64,000 nucleotides of DNA from Candidatus Heimdallarchaeota archaeon (GTDB lineage Archaea; Asgardarchaeota; Heimdallarchaeia; JABLTI01). Below, piece after piece: positions 9,524 through 17,792 of this stretch; the first letter of the stretch is position 1, and each line of letters starts with the position of its first letter. The position numbers were made by a program, and so were the translations under genes. The notes under the pieces are model-generated. The model was not told where the DNA came from, did no database searches, and saw nothing but the letters and a program-made list of their open reading frames with translations. The DNA is taken from the NCBI GenBank assembly GCA_019058275.1, contig JAHLVW010000062.1:64001-128000 (forward strand), read 5' to 3'.

Positions 9524-10108
9524 CTAGTCGTGATTAATCTTTAGAGTATTTTCGATAATAACCCGTGCTTTTGGAAGATTGTAGGTTAGAGGAGGAGCAT
9601 ATTTTATTCTTGAAAGAAGCTCAGTAATATTATACTGTTTACTCTCTTCATTTTGAAATATTTTTCCGAGTGCTTCCTCAAATATACCCCTGTGATGTTT
9701 AGGAAGGATATAGAATGAATACTTATGTGCTTTAATTAGTTTTGGTAAAACATTAGTTAATCTTCTAATGAAAATATCTCTACCTTTCTTCTGCATTTTC
9801 GAAGGTGGAAACTCATACTTAGTAACAGCAGTATCATCAAATTCCTCTGGAACAACAATTGCTGGTTCTGATATAGTATATATTTGACTGATGTCTCTAA
9901 TCTTCAACTTACTATCAAGCATAGCATAAAAAACTCGTCTATAAGGAGATTTGTAGTAGGGTTTGTATTTAGAACAGCTTAGGAAAAAAGCAATTGGTTT
10001 TTCAATTCTTGGAATGTACTCATTTAACATGAAGTTATAGTGGTTAATAAATCTAGGAGCTTGAAATAATTCATCTCCTCCAATGAGAAATTCATCTAGT
10101 GATTCCAT
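9524..10108 (-). CDS. Stand-alone ArcS-like (DUF5591-type) domain protein
   Basis: LSCSKYKPYYKSP, ISEP..VVPEE and YEFPP resemble the archaeosine-synthase domain motif CSxxKPYxxS...VPxE...Y. Confidence 0.7.
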   Translation of the reverse strand: MESLDEFLIGGDELFQAPRFINHYNFMLNEYIPRIEKPIAFFLSCSKYKPYYKSPYRRVFYAMLDSKLKIRDISQIYTISEPAIVVPEEFDDTAVTKYEFPPSKMQKKGRDIFIRRLTNVLPKLIKAHKYSFYILPKHHRGIFEEALGKIFQNEESKQYNITELLSRIKYAPPLTYNLPKARVIIENTLKINHD

Positions 10109-10293
10109 GAGGAAACCTACTTTTTCCTATTTGTACTACATTTACTAGAAACTGTTCTTAAAAAATTAGTGTATAATGAAAGAATCTAAATCTAAAGTAT
10201 AAAATTGGTTTAGAATATAAAAATGAACTCTTATCTTGAATCCTATGCTAATTACTCTAGATAAAAAGTAAATTCTTACAGGATGAAAAGCTA

Positions 10294-11007
10294 TTGTTAG
10301 ACGAAATTCTAGTTATTCGAGAGAGTATACAAATATTCTATTACAATAGAGATCCAAATAGAGCAATGTCTAATGATTGGTATATCTTACAATCGGGATT
10401 TTTCGTAGCCCTATCAGCATTTGCAAATGAGATGAGTGATGATAAACTCAAATATGTAGTTTTAGAAAACAAATTGTACGCTCTCGATGAAGTATCAGAT
10501 ATTCTTGTAATTTTTGGTGACAAAGAAAAAATGACTCAAGAAGTTGTCAGCAAATTACAAGGTGAAATAACGAAAACAGCTAATTATCTTAGCTATATAT
10601 TAGACAAGTATGATTGAGAAACATTTGTTACAAGTCCTTCACAATTAAATGAAATTGCTAACGATTTTGGAGATTATTTAAAACAAGAAGATCTAGTTGA
10701 AGATGATTCACCTTTTGATCCTCATGAATCAAGAAGTATGATGCAGAAATTTATCTTCAAATCAATTGGTTATACACCTGGTCAATGCAATATTGGAAGA
10801 GCAGAACGCCTCAAAAGGCTACTAATAGGAATGATGGGCTTTGTTGCTGCAATTATCTCTGCAATTCTAATCATGTTCTTCAATGGAAATCCTTGGTTTA
10901 TGCTTACTTTAGATGTACCATTAGGGATGGGTTTCTTTAGTCTATATCAATATCTGTTCAAATTCTGCGTTGTTAATGGATTAACTAAAAAATATGATAT
11001 GCATTAA
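10294..11007 (+). pseudogene. Longin-like domain fused to a two-TM CNIG...FC (DUF2892/YgaP-like) domain, interrupted by one in-frame TGA at 10615-10617
   Basis: ORFs 10294-10617 and 10738-11007 are in the same frame, and the 40 codons between them are open (ETFVTSPSQLNEIANDFGDYLKQEDL...). Longin-like signature LQSGFFVALSAFANEM. Confidence 0.65.
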
Positions 11008-11019
11008 GGAGGATTAAAT

Positions 11020-11193
11020 TTGTCAGAAACTACAAAATTAAAATTACCCAAACCTGAGTTGTTTGAAGGAGAAGTAGATTTCCCTGAAATGATTAAAAAA
11101 GACTTTCATAAAGCAGTTTTGATCCTTTCACTAACAGCTCTTTCAACTATTATTTTAGTCGGTGCATTGTGGGCTTTAGCATTTTTCCTTTAA
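11020..11193 (+). CDS. Small tail-anchored membrane protein (57 aa), missing from the ORF track
   Basis: AGGAGG ribosome-binding site 7 nt before a TTG start. Translation: MSETTKLKLPKPELFEGEVDFPEMIKKDFHKAVLILSLTALSTIILVGALWALAFFL. Confidence 0.7.
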   Translation: MSETTKLKLPKPELFEGEVDFPEMIKKDFHKAVLILSLTALSTIILVGALWALAFFL

Positions 11194-11317
11194 AAAAGGT
11201 AAACCTACTATTACAATTTTTTTGTTACTAGTATTATTTATCTTTTCGAAATACTTTTTTTAAGAAGAGAATCTTTTGTGAACATAGATCTATAATAAGT
11301 ACAATGTTGGAATAAAG

Positions 11318-12322
11318 ATGGCAAAAAAAGTTGCTATTAATGGGTTTGGACGTATAGGACGTAACTTCTACAGAAGTGTGGTTGAAAACTATCCGGAAAT
11401 TGATGTTGTTTCAATTAACGATTTGTTTGAACCGAGATATTTAGCTTATGTACTAAAGTATGATTCGGTTTTTGGGAAATTCAAGGGAACAGTAGAAGCT
11501 ACTGACAATTCTCTGATTATTAACGAAAAAGAAATTCCAGTGACAGCTGAAAGAGATCCAGCTAATTTATCTCATTCAAAGAATGAAGTTGATGTTGCTG
11601 TGGAATGTACTGGTTTCTTTGTAGATAGAGATGGTGCAAAAAAACATCTTGAAGCAGGAGCTAATAAAGTTCTCATAAGCGCTCCAGCAAAGAAACCTGA
11701 TATTACTGTGGTACTGGGTTGCAATGATGATAAACTAACTGATGAGCATAAAATAGTATCAAGTGCTTCTTGCACAACAAACTGTTTGGCACCAATTGTA
11801 AAAGTATTGGATGACAATTACAAAATAATACAAGGTGTAATGACAACAATTCACTCTTATACTGGTAATCAAAATCCTGTAGATACTGGCAGATCAGGTG
11901 ATCCAGTAAAAATGATTCGTGGTAGAGCTTGTGCAGTAAACATTATACCAACATCAACAGGAGCTGCCAAAGCAATAGGAGAGGTTTTCCCACATCTAAA
12001 AGGCAAGTTAGATGGTTTTGCAATGAGGGTCCCAACAGTTAATGGTAGTGTGGTAGATTTGAAAATAAATGTCGAGAAAATTCCTACTATCGAAGACATT
12101 AATAAAGAAATGAAAGCTGCTGCTAAAGGAAGTCTTAAGGGAATTTTGGCTTATACAGACGATCCAATTGTTTCAACAGATATAATTGGTGATCCACATA
12201 GCTCAATCTATTCTAGTATCTGGACTAAAATTGTAGGAAATATGATTTCTGTTGTTAGTTGGTACGATAATGAATGGGGATACTCTAATCGAATGGTTGA
12301 ATTGATTGTAAAATATCTATGA
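11318..12322 (+). CDS. gap: Type I (bacterial/eukaryotic-type) glyceraldehyde-3-phosphate dehydrogenase
   Basis: INGFGRIGR, ASCTTNCLAP, IIPTSTGAAKA and WYDNEWGYS. Confidence 0.97.
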   Translation: MAKKVAINGFGRIGRNFYRSVVENYPEIDVVSINDLFEPRYLAYVLKYDSVFGKFKGTVEATDNSLIINEKEIPVTAERDPANLSHSKNEVDVAVECTGFFVDRDGAKKHLEAGANKVLISAPAKKPDITVVLGCNDDKLTDEHKIVSSASCTTNCLAPIVKVLDDNYKIIQGVMTTIHSYTGNQNPVDTGRSGDPVKMIRGRACAVNIIPTSTGAAKAIGEVFPHLKGKLDGFAMRVPTVNGSVVDLKINVEKIPTIEDINKEMKAAAKGSLKGILAYTDDPIVSTDIIGDPHSSIYSSIWTKIVGNMISVVSWYDNEWGYSNRMVELIVKYL

Positions 12323-12342
12323 AAAGTGATTTCTCACTTTTC
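12321..12342 (+). terminator. Hairpin at the gap stop codon, between convergent genes
   Basis: GAAAAGTGA-tttc-TCACTTTTC is a perfect 9-bp stem followed by a T-rich tract. Confidence 0.55.
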
Positions 12343-12350
12343 TTTATTTC

Positions 12351-12998
12351 TTATTTAGCTGTTGAAACTTTTTTTCTTTGATAAAGAATGACTCCAATGA
12401 CTACACCAGAAATCGGAATCAGTGCTAAAAATGCATAAGGCCATTTAACACTTTTAGTTAATTCACTTGTTCTGATAAATTCAAATTCACCAATTTCCAG
12501 TGTACTTACTAATAAAGGATGGTTATACGCATAAATATGCACTAAAACACCATCATGCTTCCAGTAAGTAGCATTAATGATGAGGGATGAATTAAAGACC
12601 TGAAAACCCCAGTAATCTTTATCTTCGACAATTTCATATCCAAATTCCTGATACTCTATAGCCAATTTATCCCACGTTCGATTTTTTATTAATATACCAA
12701 CGAAGAAAATTGTAGCTGTTGAAAATCCTTCAATAGTTAATTTTGTTTTTAATAGAGGTGGATCGACAATGGAGAATTCTACTTTCATTGTAACATTTTC
12801 TCGAAAAGTAACTGCTCCTAAAGATGCAGTTATTGCAGAATTATTTAGTGCTCTAAAACGATTTATATAGAAATTAAAGTTATCTCCAACTTTAACATTG
12901 TATTTACCAGTAGTATATTGAGGGAATGTTGTAAAAACAAATAGACCTATGATAACATATGAAATAAAGATTGTAATTTTCTTCTTCTTTGTAAGCAA
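12351..12998 (-). CDS. Secreted/surface protein with C-terminal membrane anchor
   Basis: Basic and hydrophobic N-terminal signal, and a C-terminal TM followed by QRKK. Confidence 0.7.
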   Translation of the reverse strand: MLTKKKKITIFISYVIIGLFVFTTFPQYTTGKYNVKVGDNFNFYINRFRALNNSAITASLGAVTFRENVTMKVEFSIVDPPLLKTKLTIEGFSTATIFFVGILIKNRTWDKLAIEYQEFGYEIVEDKDYWGFQVFNSSLIINATYWKHDGVLVHIYAYNHPLLVSTLEIGEFEFIRTSELTKSVKWPYAFLALIPISGVVIGVILYQRKKVSTAK

Positions 12999-13165
12999 AT
13001 TGAACCAACTACCTCAATTAATTTTCTTAACTGTAAATCATTTATTTTTAATGTCTAAAATGTCTTGTTAAATTTTACTATTATATCAAACTTAGTGTTT
13101 GCCTTTGTATAATGACTTATTAATCAAATTGGAATAATAAATTTGTAATTTATTGAAAAAGAAAT

Positions 13166-15271
13166 ATGGTGATTTTATTAATGGGATTAGATAAAATTGA
13201 AAACAAACTAACAAAATCATTTTTTCCCAGAGAGTTTAAGCAATATAAGAGAAACTTGTCCGATGTTGAAATAGCACTGATTAGAAATGCATTTGAAAAA
13301 GCAAACGCTTTGGAAAAATGTGATTATTTCACATTTTGTAAAACGGTTATTTGTGTCTCATTAGATTATCTTGGACAGTATCCTGAGCTTGAATATTTTG
13401 CAGCTGAAATTGCTTATGAAATCAGAAGATTAGATGATTTAGAGTTTATTGTTAGAGTATCAAATAATCCCTATGTTTTGTTACCTCTCGCTAAAGGTTT
13501 AATTGCTAAGAATTCTCTTGGTAGAGCAGCTGCTAATATTAGAATTGTGGAATCTAAAATAAAACCCGATGATTTAGTTTACCAATTGGAATTATATCTT
13601 GTAAAATCCTATTATGCAGTTGCTAATGGAAATCTCACAGATGCACTTTTTCACATTTTAGCAGCAAAAGAATTTCTTAGATCCTCAGAAAACGAACTTG
13701 ATATCATTCAAGCTAATACCTTTGATGCACAAATTTTGGTTGATGAGTGCAAGATATTATTCGAAATGGGTCGTTATGACAAAGTTTTCGACAACGTTAA
13801 TGAAGGTTTAACTTTAGCAAAGAAAATTGGCAATAGACCATTAACTGTATTGTTTGAGATTTTTTATGGAATGTATTTAATAGATTACAAAAGTTCACTG
13901 GATGAAGGAAATCAACATCACTATATAGCTGCATCTATTGCTAGAAAATTAAGGAATCCATATTTAATTGCAATTACACTAGAGACAATAGGTAATAACT
14001 TACAACTACAAAGAAAAATCGAAGAAGGAATCAAATTCTGTAAACATGCAGAGAGATTATATAAGAAAATTGGTGATGAACAAAATCGAATGATAATTGC
14101 TATTAAAATTGCTAATTTGCAAATAGCTTTTGGTAATGTTTCATCTGCAATGAGTATACTTCTGGACTTAGAAACATTAGGCAGTAAAAACCCATTAACA
14201 TATCTTAATTTGGTCTATGCATTTATCAAAATTGACGATTTAGATCTAGCTGAGACTTATCTTGAGAAAACTAAAAAACATTTAAGAGGAAGAGGGGACC
14301 TTACAGGTGAATTTCTATTAATTTACTATGAAGGATTAATAGAATTCCAATCAGGGAATTTCGGTAAAGCAGAAATGCTCTTTGCACATGCACAGGAATT
14401 TGCTGAATTAAATAAATTATCAAAACAAGCTCTAAACGCAAGTCTGCAATTAGTGAATGTTTTGGTCTCAAAAAATATAGCTTTTCCATCAAAAAGAAAT
14501 TTCAAAAAAGCGAAATTTTCTATTGTTGAGCTAAGTAGTCAAGTTAAGAAAGATGAACAATCAATAGAATATAATAATTGTGAATTACTAAAAGCAATAC
14601 TTTTGTTTTCAAATAATAACTACCAAGAAGCAAAAGATATTTTCAAACGATTGGAATCATTCTACTTCTCAATACGTTTATTTGAGAAAATTAGCACTGT
14701 ACAAGAATATCTAGAAAGATTATCTCACCTTGAAGAAATTGGTGCTATAAGCTTAGATAAAACAGAAAGAACTACTAAAGAATTTTCAGAATTTGAAAAA
14801 ACTCCTGCTCCAATACTTCCTCCAAATGTCGAACCCCCACAATCATATATTGAAGATGATGCCAATCCAATTCTCTTACTAATTCTATCTCATGGAGGTT
14901 TGCCAATATACTCCCATTATTTCAGAGAAGGGTTCGAAAATCTAGATGAAACTTTAGTATCTGGGTTTTTAGGAGCAATAGTGTCATTCGCAGAGAAGCT
15001 AGGTGAAAGCAATATAAGACAAACAAGAAGTGGATTAGGTAGGGGTTTCTTACAAGGCATAAGGCATGGTGACTTTGAAATTTTACTTGAGAGAAGTGAA
15101 AGATACCTGATCGCATTAGTCGCAGATCAAGAAAATTATCTAATACGAAAACAACTGAAAAGGTTAGTAGATGAAATAAATGTTCTATTTCTAATAGATG
15201 ATGAACCAATCATTGTATTAGGTGAAAATAACCGTCTCTATATTCAAAGTGTTGTGAATAGGATCTTTTAA
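13166..15271 (+). CDS. TPR-repeat protein with C-terminal longin-like domain
   Basis: Helical TPR-like repeats, a Pro-rich linker, then LLILSHGGLPIY...DETLVSGFLGAIVSFAE...IRHGDFEILLE. Confidence 0.75.
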   Translation: MVILLMGLDKIENKLTKSFFPREFKQYKRNLSDVEIALIRNAFEKANALEKCDYFTFCKTVICVSLDYLGQYPELEYFAAEIAYEIRRLDDLEFIVRVSNNPYVLLPLAKGLIAKNSLGRAAANIRIVESKIKPDDLVYQLELYLVKSYYAVANGNLTDALFHILAAKEFLRSSENELDIIQANTFDAQILVDECKILFEMGRYDKVFDNVNEGLTLAKKIGNRPLTVLFEIFYGMYLIDYKSSLDEGNQHHYIAASIARKLRNPYLIAITLETIGNNLQLQRKIEEGIKFCKHAERLYKKIGDEQNRMIIAIKIANLQIAFGNVSSAMSILLDLETLGSKNPLTYLNLVYAFIKIDDLDLAETYLEKTKKHLRGRGDLTGEFLLIYYEGLIEFQSGNFGKAEMLFAHAQEFAELNKLSKQALNASLQLVNVLVSKNIAFPSKRNFKKAKFSIVELSSQVKKDEQSIEYNNCELLKAILLFSNNNYQEAKDIFKRLESFYFSIRLFEKISTVQEYLERLSHLEEIGAISLDKTERTTKEFSEFEKTPAPILPPNVEPPQSYIEDDANPILLLILSHGGLPIYSHYFREGFENLDETLVSGFLGAIVSFAEKLGESNIRQTRSGLGRGFLQGIRHGDFEILLERSERYLIALVADQENYLIRKQLKRLVDEINVLFLIDDEPIIVLGENNRLYIQSVVNRIF

Positions 15272-15336
15272 GTAAGAAAAAAACTAATAATGGAAACTTG
15301 ATTAAAAAAATCAAGAATCCAATTATATTACTACAT

Positions 15337-17595
15337 TTAAGAATTACCTGGTAAAACAACTCTCTTTGTTTTTGGAGTGAGTATTGCATTAATAATCTCA
15401 GCATTGATTAACTCCACAAATGCTTGGGAATTACTTATTATTGAGATAACTTCTCCAGAATCATCCAATGTGCCTATAAGTCCTTCTTCCGCATCACGAC
15501 CTATGGCAAAATAAGGTTTCGATGTTGAACTAATTGCTAAAGACTTAAGTTGAATGTTCTCTTTTGACATAAGTTGCTTAATAATATCAGCATTTTTGAA
15601 TGGATCAAAGTCTGAGATAACAATAATTCTGGTTCTAGGATTACTATTTAGCAATGCATTCAAATGTATGTCTTTTATTTCCGGATAGACAAGAGTAACA
15701 GTTGATTTTACTCTATCAAAGATTTCCTTCATTTGAGATAAAGTTGCTTCTCTGCCAAGAATTGTTGTTGTATTAACAATTGGTCTTGGAACATCCTTGA
15801 TCTTACTTGCCAATTCACGGAATGTTAATTCCATATTTGTTAACAATTTCTCTATTGTTTTATTGCTTTCTTTGAATTTGTCACCGTAACCTCTGAATTG
15901 ATTCTTTACGTTAGAAGTTTCAGCAATTATTGTATCCTCTATGCCAGTTTGTGATTGGTCTATGGTTTTATTTACAAGTGTTGCTTGATCTTGGACACAT
16001 TGTATAGCTGTTTGCTTTCCTCTATTAAGAAGTGTTTTCGCTGGCATTTCAATTTTAGCAATTGCTGATTTAGCTCTGTCTTCAGTATCTTTAATGAAGG
16101 CTTTACTCTTTATTTCACTAGAATTGTTTAAAACTCTAATATCATCAATGATTTTTGAGCTTATATTTGTGAAAGCATTTTCTTTTTCTTTGAATTCAGT
16201 TTTAATACTGATAATAGTGGCATCACGAGCTTCCTGATATTTTGTGTTAATGTCAACATTTGTCCTGGAAATTGTTCCAGACATGTTGTTCTTAGAGGTT
16301 TCAAAATCAGTATTAGCTTTAGTGAAGCTATTTGTCAAATCCATGTCAATCTTTTCACCGATTTCAGTCATCTTGCGATTTGTTATATCAACAACTGTTT
16401 TGAGCTCATTACCAAGCCTAACTTCTTTAGATTTGATTTCATCTTTTGTATCGGCTGCACTCTTTTCCAAATTATCCTTTAATTGATTAAAGAGATTTGA
16501 TAAGGCTTCTGTATTGGTCTTGGTTTTTACTGCAACTATGCTCTCAAGTTGAGCATTAGTGTCTGTAAATAGAGTTTCAACATTTCGAGAGAATGATTCA
16601 ATCATTTGCTCATATTCTCTTTTAATACCAGCAATACGTTCACGTATTACTTTTCCGAATTCATCATTCATTTCAGAGATGGAATCAGAAATATTGCGAA
16701 TTCTTTCTTCAAGAATCTGATTAGTTTGTTTGTCATGAACTCCTAACTTAGAGCTAACAAGTTCAATTATACTTGCATAATTTTCCTTTACATTTTGACT
16801 TGTTAAGGTCATATTATCCTTTGCAGAAGCATTGTATTCAGAAAGTGCACGATTGATTTTTTCTTGAATATCAGTAGTAACTTTTTCATAATCACTGAAA
16901 TTATTATCCAATGAAGCTTGTAAAGTACTTTCCATAACAGTAGCAGCTTCTTCTACTTTTGAAGAGGACCCCTCAAATGATCTTGTGATATTCCCTTCAG
17001 ATTCAGCAAGTGAATTGACAATATCACTAGCTGCTGAGCTTATCATATTACCTGCAGCTTCTGTTGTTTCAGCATAATGCTTACTCATCTCTGTTGTTGT
17101 AATAAGAGATAATGATGTAATTGCTTGTTTTTCATCATTCAGAATTTGACTGATTTCTTCGATTAATTTATCAAGTTCTGTTGATATTTCAGTCGATGAA
17201 GCTTCAGTAGAAACTCTAATTTCATCTTTTGCTGAATTAGTAATTTGATGTATATTCTCCTTTTGTTGTTTGACAATTTGATCTAATGTGTCAGATCTCT
17301 CTTGAGCAAAAACATTAATCTCATTTCCAATAGCTTGTATTGACTCAAGGGAATCCTTAGCCTTCTCAGTTAGCGAGACTAAGGGATAAACTGCAGAGAA
17401 CTTCTTAATGATTGCAGGATTAGTGAAAATAAGATTCTTCTCTTTCAGAGCTTCTATACTATTCTCCACTTCACTGATTTTACTATCAATTTGCTCAGCA
17501 ATCTCAGGAATAGATAGTTGTCCTGCAGATAAAAGCAAGAGATAGACTTTTTCCTCAACTGGAGAGAGTTGAAGGTTACTTAAAATTTTAGACAA
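15337..17595 (-). CDS. TrmB-like wHTH protein with a very long amphipathic helical insert and C-terminal TrmB-like domain
   Basis: LSPVEEKVYLLLLSAGQLSIPEIAE wHTH, about 500 aa of Pro-poor helical sequence, then GREATLSQMKEIFDRVKSTVTLVYP...AIGRDAEEGLIG. Confidence 0.7.
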   Translation of the reverse strand: MSKILSNLQLSPVEEKVYLLLLSAGQLSIPEIAEQIDSKISEVENSIEALKEKNLIFTNPAIIKKFSAVYPLVSLTEKAKDSLESIQAIGNEINVFAQERSDTLDQIVKQQKENIHQITNSAKDEIRVSTEASSTEISTELDKLIEEISQILNDEKQAITSLSLITTTEMSKHYAETTEAAGNMISSAASDIVNSLAESEGNITRSFEGSSSKVEEAATVMESTLQASLDNNFSDYEKVTTDIQEKINRALSEYNASAKDNMTLTSQNVKENYASIIELVSSKLGVHDKQTNQILEERIRNISDSISEMNDEFGKVIRERIAGIKREYEQMIESFSRNVETLFTDTNAQLESIVAVKTKTNTEALSNLFNQLKDNLEKSAADTKDEIKSKEVRLGNELKTVVDITNRKMTEIGEKIDMDLTNSFTKANTDFETSKNNMSGTISRTNVDINTKYQEARDATIISIKTEFKEKENAFTNISSKIIDDIRVLNNSSEIKSKAFIKDTEDRAKSAIAKIEMPAKTLLNRGKQTAIQCVQDQATLVNKTIDQSQTGIEDTIIAETSNVKNQFRGYGDKFKESNKTIEKLLTNMELTFRELASKIKDVPRPIVNTTTILGREATLSQMKEIFDRVKSTVTLVYPEIKDIHLNALLNSNPRTRIIVISDFDPFKNADIIKQLMSKENIQLKSLAISSTSKPYFAIGRDAEEGLIGTLDDSGEVISIISNSQAFVELINAEIINAILTPKTKRVVLPGNS

Positions 17596-17792
17596 TTAAA
17601 GAATCTCCTTTCAAATAGTTCCTTTTTTGTATTATTTCTTATTTTTGACTATTAATTAAGCTTTTTTTAGAGCTATATTAATGACAAATCATTATCAATA
17701 GCTACTTTTCGCAAAAAATAGCTGAAAAAGATTCCTAATAATATTTATTTTCATGTAGTGTATTAAGAGCATATTAAGTTTGGGTGTTATAA

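Noticed and set aside
10615-10617. Selenocysteine interpretation of the in-frame TGAs (also 53711-53713)
   Set aside because: Neither site lies in a Cys/redox motif or a known selenoprotein family, and I recognised no SECIS-like hairpin downstream.
11020-11193. SecE/Sec61-gamma identity for the small tail-anchored protein
   Set aside because: It lacks the characteristic KPxxxEF hinge directly before the TM helix and the usual ftsZ/spt5 neighbourhood.
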